This document shows, piece after piece, positions 16,945 to 18,649 of a stretch of 18,649 nt of DNA. The notes beneath the pieces were generated by a model, which was given only the letters and a program-made list of their open reading frames with translations, was not told the origin of the DNA and searched no databases. Source of the stretch: Promethearchaeota archaeon (lineage in GTDB: Archaea; Asgardarchaeota; Lokiarchaeia; Sigyniarchaeales; SOKP01); assembly GCA_016930515.1 (NCBI GenBank), contig JAFGGO010000024.1:1-18649 (forward strand), read 5' to 3'. The position numbers and the translations under genes are program-made. The stretch's first letter is position 1. The number at the start of each line of letters is the position of its first letter.

Positions 16945-17540
16945 AGCCAGGGCGCGTTCTTGTGATAATCATGCAAGTGATTTAGAAGTCATGATGGAAA
17001 TGCGCGCAGACTAAAGATGATCGAGGATTACCTGAGCAACAAGGGATTTCGTTATTGTATGGGCTCAATAGAGTTAGAATACCTCAAGGGAACGGGATAA
17101 ATCATTCTGGAGTTTGAGTTACTCTTGGTTGCAGAACGAAAGTATCGTCTGTACGAGATCAAGTGGGATTAACTCGCTAAACGGTTCTCTCTTGAGGTGG
17201 TATCGAATCGAATACCTCTCCTAATCGTTTGTTCGCCAAACCTGCGGGAATCTCCAAGCTAAACAACAATAAGACATAAATTTGGAACCTGTTTCCCCAG
17301 TGCTAGCTGATTGAAATTACATTTCAAGAAATTATTAAGCTTGGGATCTCTTCCAGATATCAACGGTGCGATGCGAGCCTTGACATTTTAGGAGCAAGGG
17401 CATTCTTATATAATATCTGGCAGGTTCAAAGGCACTTGATTAGAAAAGCAACACCAGACAAAAGGATACTGGAAATTAACGAATTTCTCGGAAAAACGCT
17501 TGCCACTTGTTATTTTCAATAAGTTTCATCAAAGATGGCT
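16945..17540 (+). ncRNA. Candidate large (~600 nt) highly structured non-coding RNA, family not recognised
   Basis: No ORF of 60 aa or more and visibly more G+C than the flanking intergenic DNA. More than 12 nested helices found by eye, several needing G-U pairs on the + strand. GCAA tetraloop at 16973-16976, end-to-end pairing AGCCA/TGGCT and a downstream T7 tract. Confidence 0.7.
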
Positions 17541-17544
17541 GAAA

Positions 17545-17551
17545 TTTTTTT
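17545..17551 (+). terminator. Oligo-T tract, putative archaeal terminator of the candidate ncRNA
   Basis: TTTTTTT begins 4 nt after the 3' strand of the terminal helix. T-tracts are common in this AT-rich DNA. Confidence 0.4.
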
Positions 17552-17609
17552 AATAAGGTGAATTAGATAATAAATTATTATCAAAAATTAAAAAGAAAAA
17601 CAAGATAAT

Positions 17610-18614
17610 TCAATTATCTCGGATTAGAACAATATTTAGCGCCGTTCCAAGTATTACCGCGCAGAGCCCAGAGATGTAAACATTAAATCCATCAAATAAT
17701 GTGGTATAACTCCAAAAATCTACGATATAATTCCCTAATCCAAGAATATATATTAAAATCGAAAAAAACAATCCTATCGCAAGAACCAAGGATGCTATTT
17801 TAAAAAAAAGTACTTTCTTTAATTTTAACGCGGCACTCACGATCATTAGGAGGATTCCTACAACACATATAATAATAATTAGATACATTATTGTTAGGCT
17901 AAATTCGTAAAGACCTGGATTTAAATCAAGGGTTTGCCAAGTTGGATGAATTATCGTGTATTTTCCATACATCATTAAATCCAACATCTCATCTTCGGTC
18001 GTAATCCTTACCATTGGGGCTACTAATGAGAGTCCTGCAATGATATACCCAATTATTGGAATTATTATATTTATACCCTTGATGCACATCTTTTGTTTCT
18101 CTTGTTCAATTCGAAGTTGTTCTTTATATTCCATAATTTCTTCTTTATATCTTACATAACCTAAGATAGAGAACACATTTCGAACGATAACGAAAAATGC
18201 AGCTATGATAAGAAACACGAATCCTTTCTCAACCGGTATTACATAATAAAGATATCCACCCGCTTCTTTAATGGATACCGCTAATAGGTTGATTTTTACA
18301 ATTGTAATTATAATGAATACAAAACCTACCAGACTCACGATAATTGATGCCTTGATATCTCGATGATGATTTAGAATAAGAATCATTGAAGTTAATAAGC
18401 AAATAATGACAAGGATTCCTAAAAAGCCTGTATCTTCAAAGAAATATCTACTTTCAACACGAACTTCTTCAGTTGGAGATTCTAAATAGCGCGCTTGTGC
18501 ATAAGGGCTAAAATATATCACGAGCATGAAAATAATACTTAAAAGAGTCAATAATTCTGATATTATAATTACTTTAGTTATTTTTTTTTTTTGTTTGATC
18601 ATTTTTACTTCCAA
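17610..18614 (-). CDS. Uncharacterised membrane protein (~8 TM, two similar halves joined by a charged helix)
   Basis: 334-aa ORF (TTG 18614 or ATG 18602) with two blocks of four hydrophobic helices separated by YKEEIMEYKEQLRIEQEKQK. Confidence 0.75.
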   Translation of the reverse strand: MEVKMIKQKKKITKVIIISELLTLLSIIFMLVIYFSPYAQARYLESPTEEVRVESRYFFEDTGFLGILVIICLLTSMILILNHHRDIKASIIVSLVGFVFIIITIVKINLLAVSIKEAGGYLYYVIPVEKGFVFLIIAAFFVIVRNVFSILGYVRYKEEIMEYKEQLRIEQEKQKMCIKGINIIIPIIGYIIAGLSLVAPMVRITTEDEMLDLMMYGKYTIIHPTWQTLDLNPGLYEFSLTIMYLIIIICVVGILLMIVSAALKLKKVLFFKIASLVLAIGLFFSILIYILGLGNYIVDFWSYTTLFDGFNVYISGLCAVILGTALNIVLIRDN

Positions 18615-18649
18615 TTATGTTTGTTAATATTTACAGATATTGTCATTAG

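Noticed and set aside
17017-17262. Stop-interrupted + frame MIEDYLSNKGFRY...*IILEFELLLVAERKYRLYEIKWD*... faintly resembling a PD-(D/E)XK nuclease pseudogene
   Set aside because: It has two internal stops and no catalytic Asp, and the same bases form a long nested helix with G-U pairs, which coding decay would not explain. It is not fully excluded; a TBLASTN or HHpred hit would revive it.
17006-17380. Group I intron (CAGACTAAA resembling the R element) or group II intron (GTGCG at 17366)
   Set aside because: There is no downstream TAGTC S element for P7, no domain V hairpin and no interrupted host gene.
16945-17540. RNase P RNA or SRP RNA identity
   Set aside because: There are only partial look-alikes (GAGGATTACC, GGAGCAAGG). 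I found no GAGGAAAGUCC with a matching 3' P4 strand and no SRP helix-8 motif, and the length is well above typical archaeal sizes.
16962-17542. Box C/D RNA (CTGA at 17539-42; GTGATAA and ATGATGG as imperfect C boxes)
   Set aside because: The C boxes are mismatched and lie within predicted helices, and 4-mers are expected by chance.
720-18159. Short overlapping ORFs in the track (e.g. 720..974, 2923..3189, 5244..6747 set, 11196..11681, 13025..13801 set, 14485..14667, 15899..16144, 17956..18159)
   Set aside because: They are antisense or alternate-frame shadows of well-supported genes or of the pseudogene, with no recognisable motifs.
1-18649. CRISPR array, tRNA or rRNA genes
   Set aside because: I saw no regularly spaced repeats, cloverleaf/T-loop motifs or rRNA-like segments.

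Overview
AT-rich archaeal window, most likely from an Asgard archaeon (Lokiarchaeia/Promethearchaeia-like). This is inferred from three Ras/Rab-like small GTPase genes alongside an archaeal-type AlaRS, EndoQ and FtsZ. Most of the window is housekeeping and membrane-protein genes: an ArgD/LysJ aminotransferase, a VOC protein, a NUDIX hydrolase, a metallophosphoesterase, alaS, two tandem Rab-like GTPases, a PNPOx-like protein, ftsZ, endoQ and a Pol-beta-type nucleotidyltransferase. It also holds an IS607 TnpA-like HTH remnant upstream of ftsZ and a decayed tandem paralog of a membrane gene. The standout is a ~600-nt stretch with no long ORF (~16945-17540). By hand it folds into many nested helices with + strand G-U pairs and a GNRA tetraloop, ending in a T7 tract, and it lies head-to-head with the nucleotidyltransferase gene. 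I could not match it to RNase P, SRP or group I/II intron motifs, so it is a candidate unclassified large ncRNA. All pairings and alignments were done by eye; no searches were run.
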